Position numbers and translations under genes: made by a program. Below, piece after piece: positions 9,236 through 16,402 of a DNA stretch of 32,000 nt. The stretch comes from Nitrosospira multiformis ATCC 25196 (GTDB taxonomy: Bacteria; Pseudomonadota; Gammaproteobacteria; Burkholderiales; Nitrosomonadaceae), in the NCBI RefSeq assembly GCF_000196355.1, contig NC_007614.1:2730001-2762000 (forward strand). Direction: 5' to 3'. The notes beneath the pieces are model-generated. The model saw nothing but the letters and a program-made list of their open reading frames with translations, did not search any database and was not told the origin of the DNA. The stretch's first letter is position 1. Every line of letters starts with the position of its first letter.

Positions 9236-11722
9236 ATGAAGGAATTACCGTCCAATAGCGTACAAAAAGGTAATCTATTGCGCTTAGCTCGCCGTTTAAG
9301 TTTTAAATTTCACCTCGCCCGGCAAAATCTAATTGCTCTCGTAAGTGATTCCCCTCCACGCGAAGACCTGTTTGATGGAGATTTCTACCTGGCGCAGTAC
9401 TCGGACGTGGCCCAGGCTGGCATTGATCCATATGAACATTTTATCCTTTACGGTAGAAAGGAGGGTCGCATCGGTGTACCCGCGTATCTTCCGAAACTGG
9501 AGTACCGGGGTAACTTGGAAGCTATTAATCATGACCGCGATACCATACTGGTTGTCAGCCATGAGGCTTCGCGCACGGGCGCCCCTATATTAAGTCTGAA
9601 CATCGTTCGCGAACTCAAAAAAAAGTACAACGTTATAACCCTGTTGCTACTGAACGGCGGAGTGATTGCCGATGATTTCCTTCGCGCCTCCGACATCGTA
9701 ATAGGACCATTCAGTGATGGACGTAACCCGGATTTGGTCGCTTCTGGAATTGATCAGTTACTAGCCTTGACTCCCGTAACGTTTGCAATTGTCAATAGCA
9801 TCGAATCCCGAGCGGTGCTTCCCGGGTTAGCAAGACGGTTTATTCCAACAGTCTCCCTTATCCACGAATTTGCCTCCTACGTAAGACCCGTAGGGAGTTT
9901 TCGTGAAGTTGTTTTCTGGTCTTCGGAAACCATATTTTCTGCTTCCTTGACATATGAAAATGCCATTTCTGAATATCCAGATCTCCGGAATTGCAAATTT
10001 CCTGTAGTTCCCCAAGGACGCTGCGCCCTTCCTTCTCCAGAGAACGAAGCGGCTCTTCGGCTGGAGGAAGAAGCCAAGGTTCTCGCCATGCTTCGGCCGG
10101 TAGACTTGCCGAAAGATACAGTCATTATTCTAGGTGCGGGGACTGTAGAGATTAGAAAAGGTGTGGATCTGTTTATTGCATGCGCTGCGGAGATATTCAA
10201 GGCGTGTCCGGATGCGCTTTGCCGATTTGTCTGGATCGGTAGTGGTTATGATCCAGAGCATGACGGTGCGTACTCTGTCTATCTGGCGGACCAGATCCGC
10301 CGGTCGGGACTTCAGGAGCGCGTTTTTTTCCTGCCAGCAACTTCCAGTATTGAAACAGCTTATCAAGCAGCAGATATTTTTTTACTGAGCCCCCGTCTGG
10401 ATCCCTTGCCTAATGTAGCGATTGATGCCATGTGGCATGGATTGCCCGTCGTTTGTTTTGCGCGCGCCACTGGCATTGCGGACATCCTAATTGAAAATGG
10501 TTTTGAAAAAATATGTGTTGCACGCTATTTTGAAATATCTCAACTGGCATCCAAGATTCTGGCATTGATAAAGTCCAGGCCCATGAGACAGGAGATTGGC
10601 AGGAAACTACAGCAATTAGTACTTAATAAATTCAACATCGAGCATTATGTAAGCCAATTGGAAGGGATTGGCTTTAATGCAGGTAAACGGGTTGTCAACG
10701 AACAGGCTGACATCCTGGAAATCATCAAGTCGGGGATTTCCCGCCTTGACTTCTATGTTCCTCCATGGCTTGAAGGTCAACAGTTGGATGAAGCAGTAAG
10801 ATTTTACGTACGGGCATGGCGGAGCGGGGTTTTGCGGAGGAAGCTATTTCCCGGCTTTCACCCGGGAGTTTTTCTTGAGCATAATGCAGGAAAATCTGAA
10901 GGAGATCCGTTAGCAAATTATTTGCGCGCCGGCCAACCGGACGGTCCTTGGCGGTATGGTCTTATAACGTCTGAAGAAGCCGCTCGCCCCCTATCTTCCT
11001 CCATCCGCGTAGCCCTCCATTTACATGTCTATTATTCGGAGCTATTTCCGGAAATAATGGCCCGACTAAAAGTAAATAATGTTCGTCCTGATCTCTTTAT
11101 CAGCGTGCCGACAGAATGCACGCGCAATGAGGTGACTGGTTTATTGAACGATTATCCGGGAAAGGTCGTCGACATTCAGATAGTCCCCAACCGCGGACGC
11201 GATATCGGTCCTTTACTGACCGCCTTCGGCAGCGTATTTCTTGATGATTATGATGCCATCGGACATTTACATACCAAAAAAACAGCCGATTTAAGTGATG
11301 AAATGATCGGCAAGAGGTGGTATACCTTCCTTCTGGAGAACTTACTGGGCGGCAAAAGAAACATGGCCGATATCATACTAGGACGCATGACTGCTGATCC
11401 TGCTATCGGCATAGTTTTCCCGGATGATCCACATGTTTTTGATTGGGGAAACAACAAGGCTCACGCAGACAGCCTTGCCAGCAAGCTGGGCTTGGGAAAG
11501 CTGCAGGAAAACTTTGTCTTCCCTATGGGGACAATGTTTTGGGCCCGGACCGAGGCACTTCGTCCACTTTTTACCCTGGACCTGAGCTGGCAAGATTACC
11601 CTGCCGAACCGCTCCCATACGACGGAACAATCTTGCACGCTCTTGAAAGATTGCTTCCATTGATAGCAGCAAAGCAATCAACTCGTTCTGTATTAACTAA
11701 CGTAACAGGCGTAACGAGATAA
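9236..11722 (+). CDS. Three-module protein: N-terminal FDxxFYLxxYxDVxxAGxDPxxHFxxYGxxEGR motif, GT4-like domain, C-terminal RgpF (rhamnan synthesis protein F)-like domain
   Basis: The N-terminal motif is FDGDFYLAQYSDVAQAGIDPYEHFILYGRKEGR. The central GT-B-like region includes ...LLSPRLDPLPNVAIDAMWHGLPVVCF. The C-terminal ALHLHVYYSELFPEI...NRGRDIGPLL...GHLHTKKT is typical of RgpF as I remember it. GAGG lies upstream of the ATG. Confidence 0.8.
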   Translation: MKELPSNSVQKGNLLRLARRLSFKFHLARQNLIALVSDSPPREDLFDGDFYLAQYSDVAQAGIDPYEHFILYGRKEGRIGVPAYLPKLEYRGNLEAINHDRDTILVVSHEASRTGAPILSLNIVRELKKKYNVITLLLLNGGVIADDFLRASDIVIGPFSDGRNPDLVASGIDQLLALTPVTFAIVNSIESRAVLPGLARRFIPTVSLIHEFASYVRPVGSFREVVFWSSETIFSASLTYENAISEYPDLRNCKFPVVPQGRCALPSPENEAALRLEEEAKVLAMLRPVDLPKDTVIILGAGTVEIRKGVDLFIACAAEIFKACPDALCRFVWIGSGYDPEHDGAYSVYLADQIRRSGLQERVFFLPATSSIETAYQAADIFLLSPRLDPLPNVAIDAMWHGLPVVCFARATGIADILIENGFEKICVARYFEISQLASKILALIKSRPMRQEIGRKLQQLVLNKFNIEHYVSQLEGIGFNAGKRVVNEQADILEIIKSGISRLDFYVPPWLEGQQLDEAVRFYVRAWRSGVLRRKLFPGFHPGVFLEHNAGKSEGDPLANYLRAGQPDGPWRYGLITSEEAARPLSSSIRVALHLHVYYSELFPEIMARLKVNNVRPDLFISVPTECTRNEVTGLLNDYPGKVVDIQIVPNRGRDIGPLLTAFGSVFLDDYDAIGHLHTKKTADLSDEMIGKRWYTFLLENLLGGKRNMADIILGRMTADPAIGIVFPDDPHVFDWGNNKAHADSLASKLGLGKLQENFVFPMGTMFWARTEALRPLFTLDLSWQDYPAEPLPYDGTILHALERLLPLIAAKQSTRSVLTNVTGVTR

Positions 11723-11723
11723 C

Positions 11724-12656
11724 GTGAAAATAGTGATCTTTGGCGGCGGCGGTTTCATCGGCTCTGCAATCGTTGACAGACTGCTTCTCGATGGCCATGA
11801 ATTGACGATCTTCGAGCGGCCGAGAGTGGAACCCTATCGCAAATTTCTGGATACTGAGCCTGTGAAATGGTTAACCGGCGATTTATTAAGCACACACGAC
11901 GTTGGCGATGCAATAGACGGGATGGATATCGTGATACATCTCGTCTCCTCCACCCTGCCCAAGAGCTCGAATGATGATCCCATTTACGATGTTCAGAGCA
12001 ACCTAGTAGGATCGTTGCAAATGCTGAACGTTATGGTCGCCAAAAAAATAAGGAAGATTATCTTCATTTCGTCAGGTGGAACCGTATACGGGAGGCCAGA
12101 GTATTTACCCATTGATGAGCGTCACCCCACAGCGCCCCAAGTTTCCTACGGCATTACCAAGCTTGCAATTGAGAAATATCTTTTACTCTTCGAACAAATG
12201 CATGGCATCAAGACTACCATTCTTCGAGTGGCTAACCCTTTCGGCGAACGTCAGCGCATCGAAACCGCTCAAGGGGCCGTTAGTGCTTTCCTTCACAGGG
12301 CCTTAAGCGGACAGCCAATCGAAATATGGGGAGATGGAACCGCTACCCGAGATTATATTTACATTAGCGATGTAGCTGACGCGTTTGCACGTACCGTAAC
12401 TTATGAAGGCCCACAAAGCGTTTTCAATATTAGCTCCGGAGCGGGAACCAGCCTTAATGAACTTGTTTCCCTGCTTGAAGAAATTCTCGGTCATACGATT
12501 GAGTGCCGCTATCTGTCTGGGCGTAGTTTTGATGTGCAAGTCAGTATCTTAAGTAACACCCTCGCACAACAGGAAATGGGTTGGATGCCAAAGGTTCCTT
12601 TACGAGAGGGAATTGAAAATGTTGTCAAATGGATGATTAAAACCCGAGGAAAGTGA
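11724..12656 (+). CDS. NAD-dependent sugar-nucleotide epimerase/dehydratase (extended SDR)
   Basis: It has the Rossmann motif GGGGFIGS, SSGGTVYG and the catalytic YGITK (YxxxK). The GTG start lies 1 nt after the upstream stop. Confidence 0.85.
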   Translation: MKIVIFGGGGFIGSAIVDRLLLDGHELTIFERPRVEPYRKFLDTEPVKWLTGDLLSTHDVGDAIDGMDIVIHLVSSTLPKSSNDDPIYDVQSNLVGSLQMLNVMVAKKIRKIIFISSGGTVYGRPEYLPIDERHPTAPQVSYGITKLAIEKYLLLFEQMHGIKTTILRVANPFGERQRIETAQGAVSAFLHRALSGQPIEIWGDGTATRDYIYISDVADAFARTVTYEGPQSVFNISSGAGTSLNELVSLLEEILGHTIECRYLSGRSFDVQVSILSNTLAQQEMGWMPKVPLREGIENVVKWMIKTRGK

Positions 12657-12686
12657 TAGCGAGAATGCTTGTGAAGCAGCCACGCG

Positions 12687-12691
12687 AGATG
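12687..12691. repeat. Target-site duplication, left copy (AGATG)
   Basis: The identical 5-mer abuts the other IS end at 14012..14016. A 5-bp duplication is the size I remember for IS2-group elements. Confidence 0.7.
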
Positions 12692-12723
12692 TGGAGTTGC
12701 CCCTATTAAACCGGACAAGATGC
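12692..12723. repeat. IS terminal inverted repeat (orfB-proximal, IRR-like): TGGAGTTGCCCCTATTAAACCGGACAAGATGC
   Basis: It aligns with the reverse complement of 13978..14011 at 28 matching positions, with two single-base gaps. Confidence 0.75.
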
Positions 12724-13551
12724 GGTTAGTAACTGGCTGCGGATGAATTGTCGTGGTGACTTCATCTTCAGCCCCTTGTGAGGATGGTATTCATTGTAAT
12801 CCTCGAACCATTGGGCAAGCTGCGCTATTACGGTTTTTGCGTCGGGACGATCATGGACATAGACGTAATCCCGCTTGAAGGTTTTGACGAAGGCCTCGGC
12901 CATGCCGTTGGATTCGGGGCTTCTGACGGGAGTAAAACAGCTGATGAAGCCCATATCCTTTGCAAAAGCAGTTGTCTCGCTGGCGGTGTAACAACTGCCA
13001 TTGTCGCTGAGCCACTCCACCCTGTGTGGGAGCAGGTCAACGGTGCCGAAGCGCCGCTCAACGGATTCAGTCATCAGATCGCGCACCATTTCCCCAGTAA
13101 TGCCGCCAGTGGTGGCAACATGGCTGATGACTTCACGATCACAGCAATCCAGGGCGAAGGCAACACGCACTACTTGCCCATTCCAGCAGGGAATCTCAAA
13201 ACCATCCGAACACCAGCGCAAATTGGAACGCAAGGTAATGACCTTGCCTTCATGAGACAGCACGCGCTGTTTGCCCGTATATCGGGCCAGCAGGCCATTC
13301 TGGCGCATGATGCGATAGACCCGCTTGTGATTGACAGCAGGCTTTCCCATTCTCTCCAGTTTGCGGTTAAGGAGAGCGCAAATCCTTCTGTATCCGTAGG
13401 TCGCGCGGCAATCCACAATTTCGCGGATCAAGGGCAACAGCCAGGCATCATCAGCCTTGTTGTAGCGGCAACGAAAAGACTTTTCCTGCGGCTTCATCCG
13501 TTCCACAAGACGGGAGCGCGCCACACCCATGGTGTCTGCAATGGCCTTCAC
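12706..13551 (-). CDS. IS3-family transposase OrfB (DDE integrase core), probably made as an OrfAB fusion by -1 frameshifting
   Basis: The rve-type core is WCSDGF (D)...WLSDNGSCY (D)...SPESNGMAEAF (E). This frame stays open upstream to the A8 run, giving ...EKK/TDLAHALAATGRFAVKAIAD.... Confidence 0.85.
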   Translation of the reverse strand: MKAIADTMGVARSRLVERMKPQEKSFRCRYNKADDAWLLPLIREIVDCRATYGYRRICALLNRKLERMGKPAVNHKRVYRIMRQNGLLARYTGKQRVLSHEGKVITLRSNLRWCSDGFEIPCWNGQVVRVAFALDCCDREVISHVATTGGITGEMVRDLMTESVERRFGTVDLLPHRVEWLSDNGSCYTASETTAFAKDMGFISCFTPVRSPESNGMAEAFVKTFKRDYVYVHDRPDAKTVIAQLAQWFEDYNEYHPHKGLKMKSPRQFIRSQLLTASCPV

Positions 13552-13973
13552 AGCAAATCGTCCTGTGGCAGCAAGGGCATGCGCGAGATCAGTTTTTTTT
13601 CATGCGCAAGCTTCACCGCTTCCGTGAGAATCTCATTCTCCAGGGTTTTCTTGCCCAGCACCCGCTCCAACTCCCGGATCCGCTTCTTCAACTCTTTCAC
13701 CTCGGCCGCAGACACTACCGCATCACCACTACGCACTGCTTCTTGTCCGCCCTCGGTCATAAGCTTCCTCCAGCGAAATAACAAGCTCGGAGCAATACCA
13801 TATTTTCGCGCCACATACGAGACACTCATGCCCGGCAAGCGCGATTCCTCAACAGCTTTTAATTTCTCACCCAGGGTCCAGCGCCTGCGGCGCTCAACCC
13901 CGGTTACTACTTCAATACGATCCAAACCTGAAGCACTATGCATAGCACCAGGCATATGCCTATCTCCTATCAT
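13548..13973 (-). CDS. IS3-family transposase OrfA (HTH, leucine-zipper region)
   Basis: ERRRRWTLGEKLKAVEESRLPGMSVSYVARKYGIAPSLLFRWRKL is followed by a heptad region. The start is ambiguous (Met at 13973, 13955 or 13943). Confidence 0.85.
   Translation of the reverse strand: MIGDRHMPGAMHSASGLDRIEVVTGVERRRRWTLGEKLKAVEESRLPGMSVSYVARKYGIAPSLLFRWRKLMTEGGQEAVRSGDAVVSAAEVKELKKRIRELERVLGKKTLENEILTEAVKLAHEKKLISRMPLLPQDDLL
13593..13600 (-). other. Programmed -1 ribosomal frameshift slippery run (A8 on the minus strand, GAA AAA AAA CTG in the orfA frame)
   Basis: A T8 run on the plus strand sits 45 nt upstream of the orfA stop, in the orfA/orfB overlap window. This is the usual IS3-family arrangement. 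Confidence 0.6.
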
Positions 13974-13977
13974 CAGT

Positions 13978-14011
13978 GCATCTGTGTCCGGTTCAATTGG
14001 GGGCTACTACA
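13978..14011. repeat. IS terminal inverted repeat (orfA-proximal, IRL-like); reverse complement TGTAGTAGCCCCCAATTGAACCGGACACAGATGC
   Basis: It pairs with 12692..12723 and ends in ...CA at 14011. Confidence 0.75.
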
Positions 14012-14016
14012 AGATG
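14012..14016. repeat. Target-site duplication, right copy (AGATG); includes the ATG start of the downstream GT2 gene
   Basis: This copy directly abuts the IS terminus. ATG 14014..14016 begins MDDDSNPLCISAVIVNYNAG.... Confidence 0.7.
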
Positions 14017-14922
14017 GATGATGATTCGAATCCCCTTTGCATCTCGGCCGTAATCGTCAATTACAATGCCGGGCAAACCCTGGTGGATTGTGTTGAATCG
14101 GCACTGCCACAGGTGACCGAAGTGCTGATAGTGGATAACGCCTCTTCGGATCGAAGCCTCGAACTCTGCACGGGGCGATTTCCTGCGGAACCGAAACTCA
14201 GGATTATCCGCAATACAGCCAATCTCGGTTTTGCCGCGGCCTGCAACATCGGCGCCAAGGCTGCTTGCGAGCCTCATGTTCTGTTTCTCAACCCCGATTG
14301 CATCCTGAGTAAAAATTCGTTGCCGCGTCTGCTCCATGTATTGGAAATGATCCCCCAGGCCGGCATGGCGGGTGGACTTTTAACCAATCAGGATGGGACC
14401 GAGCAGGCAGGAGGACGCCGTGCCGTACCGACACCCTGGCGCTCCCTCGTGCGCGCTTTTGGCTTGTACCGCCTTGAGCGTTACTGGCCCCGCCTGTTTT
14501 TTGATTTTCACCTGCACAAGCAGTCTTTACCCCCGGGGCCGCTCGAAGTGGAGGCTATTTCCGGCGCACTCATGCTGGTGCGGCAGGAGGCAATCCGGGA
14601 TGTGGGGCCATGGGATGAGGGTTATTTTCTTCACTGCGAGGACCTCGATTGGTGCATGCGCTTCCGGGAAAAAGGCTGGAAGATACTTTTCGTGCCTGAT
14701 GCGCCGGTAGTGCACCGTAAGGGAACATGCAGCAGATCCCGGCCGATATTCGTGGAATGGCACAAGCACAGGGGAATGATGCGTTTCTATCGCAAGTTCT
14801 TCCGGCAGGAATATCCCGGCGCTTTGATGTGGCTGGTGGCAGCGGGAATATGGTTGCGTTTCGGGGCAATAGCCACTATTTATTGCATGCAGTATATTGG
14901 GAGACTGGCGCAATCGAGGTGA
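14014..14922 (+). CDS. Glycosyltransferase family 2 (302 aa; WbbL-like GT-A)
   Basis: Motifs seen are VIVNYNAG, DNASSDRS, NLGFAAACN, LNPDCIL and DEGYFLHCEDLDWCMR. The 714-aa track ORF is this gene plus an in-frame artefactual extension antisense to the IS. Confidence 0.85.
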   Translation: MDDDSNPLCISAVIVNYNAGQTLVDCVESALPQVTEVLIVDNASSDRSLELCTGRFPAEPKLRIIRNTANLGFAAACNIGAKAACEPHVLFLNPDCILSKNSLPRLLHVLEMIPQAGMAGGLLTNQDGTEQAGGRRAVPTPWRSLVRAFGLYRLERYWPRLFFDFHLHKQSLPPGPLEVEAISGALMLVRQEAIRDVGPWDEGYFLHCEDLDWCMRFREKGWKILFVPDAPVVHRKGTCSRSRPIFVEWHKHRGMMRFYRKFFRQEYPGALMWLVAAGIWLRFGAIATIYCMQYIGRLAQSR

Positions 14923-15018
14923 AACCCCAGTCTGCCTCGGGACCTTTTCCGATCTCCGGTTCCGATCCCGGTCCGATCCTGTGGAATCCCCGGCACTGCT
15001 CCCGCGCTAACAAATCAA

Positions 15019-15912
15019 ATGGCTGATCCGGGCCCCCACCATAAAATCATGGTCACAGGCGCTACCAGTATTATCGGAGAATTCCTGCTGCCAAACCTGC
15101 TGGATGCCGGTTATGAGGTTCATGCAATCAGCCGGCGGCCGGCGGAAGCGTTGCCTTCCAATGGAAAATTGATCTGGCATCAGGCAGACGTGAGCGAGCC
15201 GGCACAGATACCTGACGTCGACGTGCAAATTCTCATTCATCTCGCCCCCCTCTGGCTCCTCCCGCCGCTGCTGCCGGTACTGAATACGCTCCAACTGAAA
15301 CGCGTGATCGGCTTCGGGTCCACCAGCGTGTTTAGCAAATCGCATTCCGCCCATGCGGCGGAAAGAAAGGTGGCAGCCCGGCTGGCGGAAGCGGAAGAAG
15401 CTGTTCGCCGCTTTTGCAGCGCATCCGCAATGGATTGGACGATATTTCGTCCAACACTGGTTTATGATTGCGTTCGCGACAAGAATATTACGAGAATTGC
15501 AAGCTTTATCCGTCGTTACGGCTTTTTTCCACTGATCGGACGAGCCGCCGGGCTGCGGCAACCGATCCATGCGGCCGATCTCGCGCAAACATGCATGACC
15601 GCGCTCTTCCAGCCTCTGACTTTCAATAAGGCCTACAACCTGAGCGGCGGCGAGACTTTAAGCTACCGCCAGATGGTGGAGAAAATCTTCAGTTCGCTCG
15701 GCAAGCCTGCACATTTCCTGATTGCCCCCCTGTGGCTCTACCGACTAGCGATACGCGCAGCCATGCTGCTCCCCGGCAAGCAAGAAATCACAACCGAAAT
15801 GGCAACACGCATGAATGTCGATCTGTGTTTTGACCATACGGAAGCGACCGGCGATTTCGGTTTCGCGCCCAGGGCGTTCTCACCTGAATGGGATGGCGGA
15901 CAGGAAAAGTGA
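15019..15912 (+). CDS. NAD(P)-binding SDR-family protein (epimerase/reductase-like)
   Basis: It has the Rossmann motif KIMVTGATSIIGEFLL. The stop TGA 15910..15912 overlaps the arfB ATG by 1 nt. An alternative start is ATG 15049. Confidence 0.7.
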   Translation: MADPGPHHKIMVTGATSIIGEFLLPNLLDAGYEVHAISRRPAEALPSNGKLIWHQADVSEPAQIPDVDVQILIHLAPLWLLPPLLPVLNTLQLKRVIGFGSTSVFSKSHSAHAAERKVAARLAEAEEAVRRFCSASAMDWTIFRPTLVYDCVRDKNITRIASFIRRYGFFPLIGRAAGLRQPIHAADLAQTCMTALFQPLTFNKAYNLSGGETLSYRQMVEKIFSSLGKPAHFLIAPLWLYRLAIRAAMLLPGKQEITTEMATRMNVDLCFDHTEATGDFGFAPRAFSPEWDGGQEK

Positions 15913-16334
15913 TGGCAGCCTTCGAAAAAATAGATATTCCCGATCATGAGGTCGAAATAAAGGCAATTCGCGCGCAAGGCGCCGGAGGGCAGAATGTAAA
16001 CAAGGTATCGAGCGCCGTTCATCTGCGCTTCGATATCAACGCTTCGTCGCTATCCGATATCCACAAGGAGCGTTTGCTGAAGCTCCACGATCAGCGTATA
16101 ACCCGCGAGGGCGTGATCATTATCAAGGCTCAGCAGTATCGCAGCCAGGAGAAAAACCGCGAGGAAGCCTTAAGACGCCTGCACGAACTTGTAGACAGCA
16201 TCGTTGAGTTGCCGCGAAAACGCAAGCCGACCCGGCCGACGGCGAGCTCCCAGAAAAAGCGGCTTGATAGCAAGACACACAAGGGCCAGATCAAGATCTT
16301 GAGAAAGAAATGGGTATCGGAACCGATGTCGTGA
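15912..16334 (+). CDS. arfB: Alternative ribosome-rescue factor ArfB (YaeJ), peptidyl-tRNA hydrolase
   Basis: The GGQ motif lies in RAQGAGGQNVNKVSSAVHLRF. The C-terminal tail is basic (KRKPTRPTASSQKKRLDSKTHKGQIKILRKK). ATG 15912 gives the canonical length of about 140 aa. Confidence 0.85.
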   Translation: MAAFEKIDIPDHEVEIKAIRAQGAGGQNVNKVSSAVHLRFDINASSLSDIHKERLLKLHDQRITREGVIIIKAQQYRSQEKNREEALRRLHELVDSIVELPRKRKPTRPTASSQKKRLDSKTHKGQIKILRKKWVSEPMS

Positions 16335-16368
16335 TGCACCCAATCTTTTCCTTTGCCTTCCCTCTCCC

Positions 16369-16398
16369 TGTCCTCTCTCCGCCAAATGGGAGAGGACA
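16369..16398. terminator. Hairpin between convergent arfB and the histidine kinase gene (possible terminator)
   Basis: TGTCCTCTC (16369-16377) pairs with GAGAGGACA (16390-16398) and is followed by TGTTTC on the plus strand. There is no clear U-tract for the minus-strand gene. Confidence 0.35.
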
Positions 16399-16402
16399 TG
16401 TT

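Larger units (their letters stand above)
12692..14011 (-). mobile_element. Intact IS3-family insertion sequence, IS2 group, 1320 bp, TG...CA termini
   Basis: It carries orfA and orfB with an A8 slippery run, imperfect terminal inverted repeats and a 5-bp direct duplication. The proteins resemble E. coli IS2 InsC/InsD as I remember them (RRRRWT..EK...V.ES; WCSDGFE...ALDCCDRE...WLSDNGSCY...RSPESNG). Confidence 0.9.

Noticed and set aside
12760-14013. A stop-free plus-strand frame runs antisense across the whole IS (both orfA and orfB) and continues in frame into the GT2 gene. This produces the 714-aa track ORF 12778..14922.
   Set aside because: Over orfB the frame is the exact codon-aligned mirror of the transposase, so stops would need TTA, CTA or TCA sense codons. 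The translation is low-complexity (Ser/Ala/Arg/Gly-rich) with no recognisable motif. Similarly long antisense ORFs occur opposite recN, nadK and folE in this window. GT2 homology begins only at Met 14014. Ribosome profiling could revisit this.
14020-14032. GATTCGAATCC, which resembles a tRNA T-arm/loop, right next to the IS end.
   Set aside because: There are no flanking acceptor, D or anticodon stems. It simply encodes D-S-N-P at the start of the GT2 gene.
14948-14978. Three copies of TCCGATC (14948, 14961, 14972) in the 96-bp gap between the GT2 and SDR genes.
   Set aside because: The 7-mer is short and the spacing irregular (13 and 11 bp). It has no partner elsewhere in the window, so it cannot be told apart from chance or simple slippage. 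It is worth a glance only if a promoter maps here.
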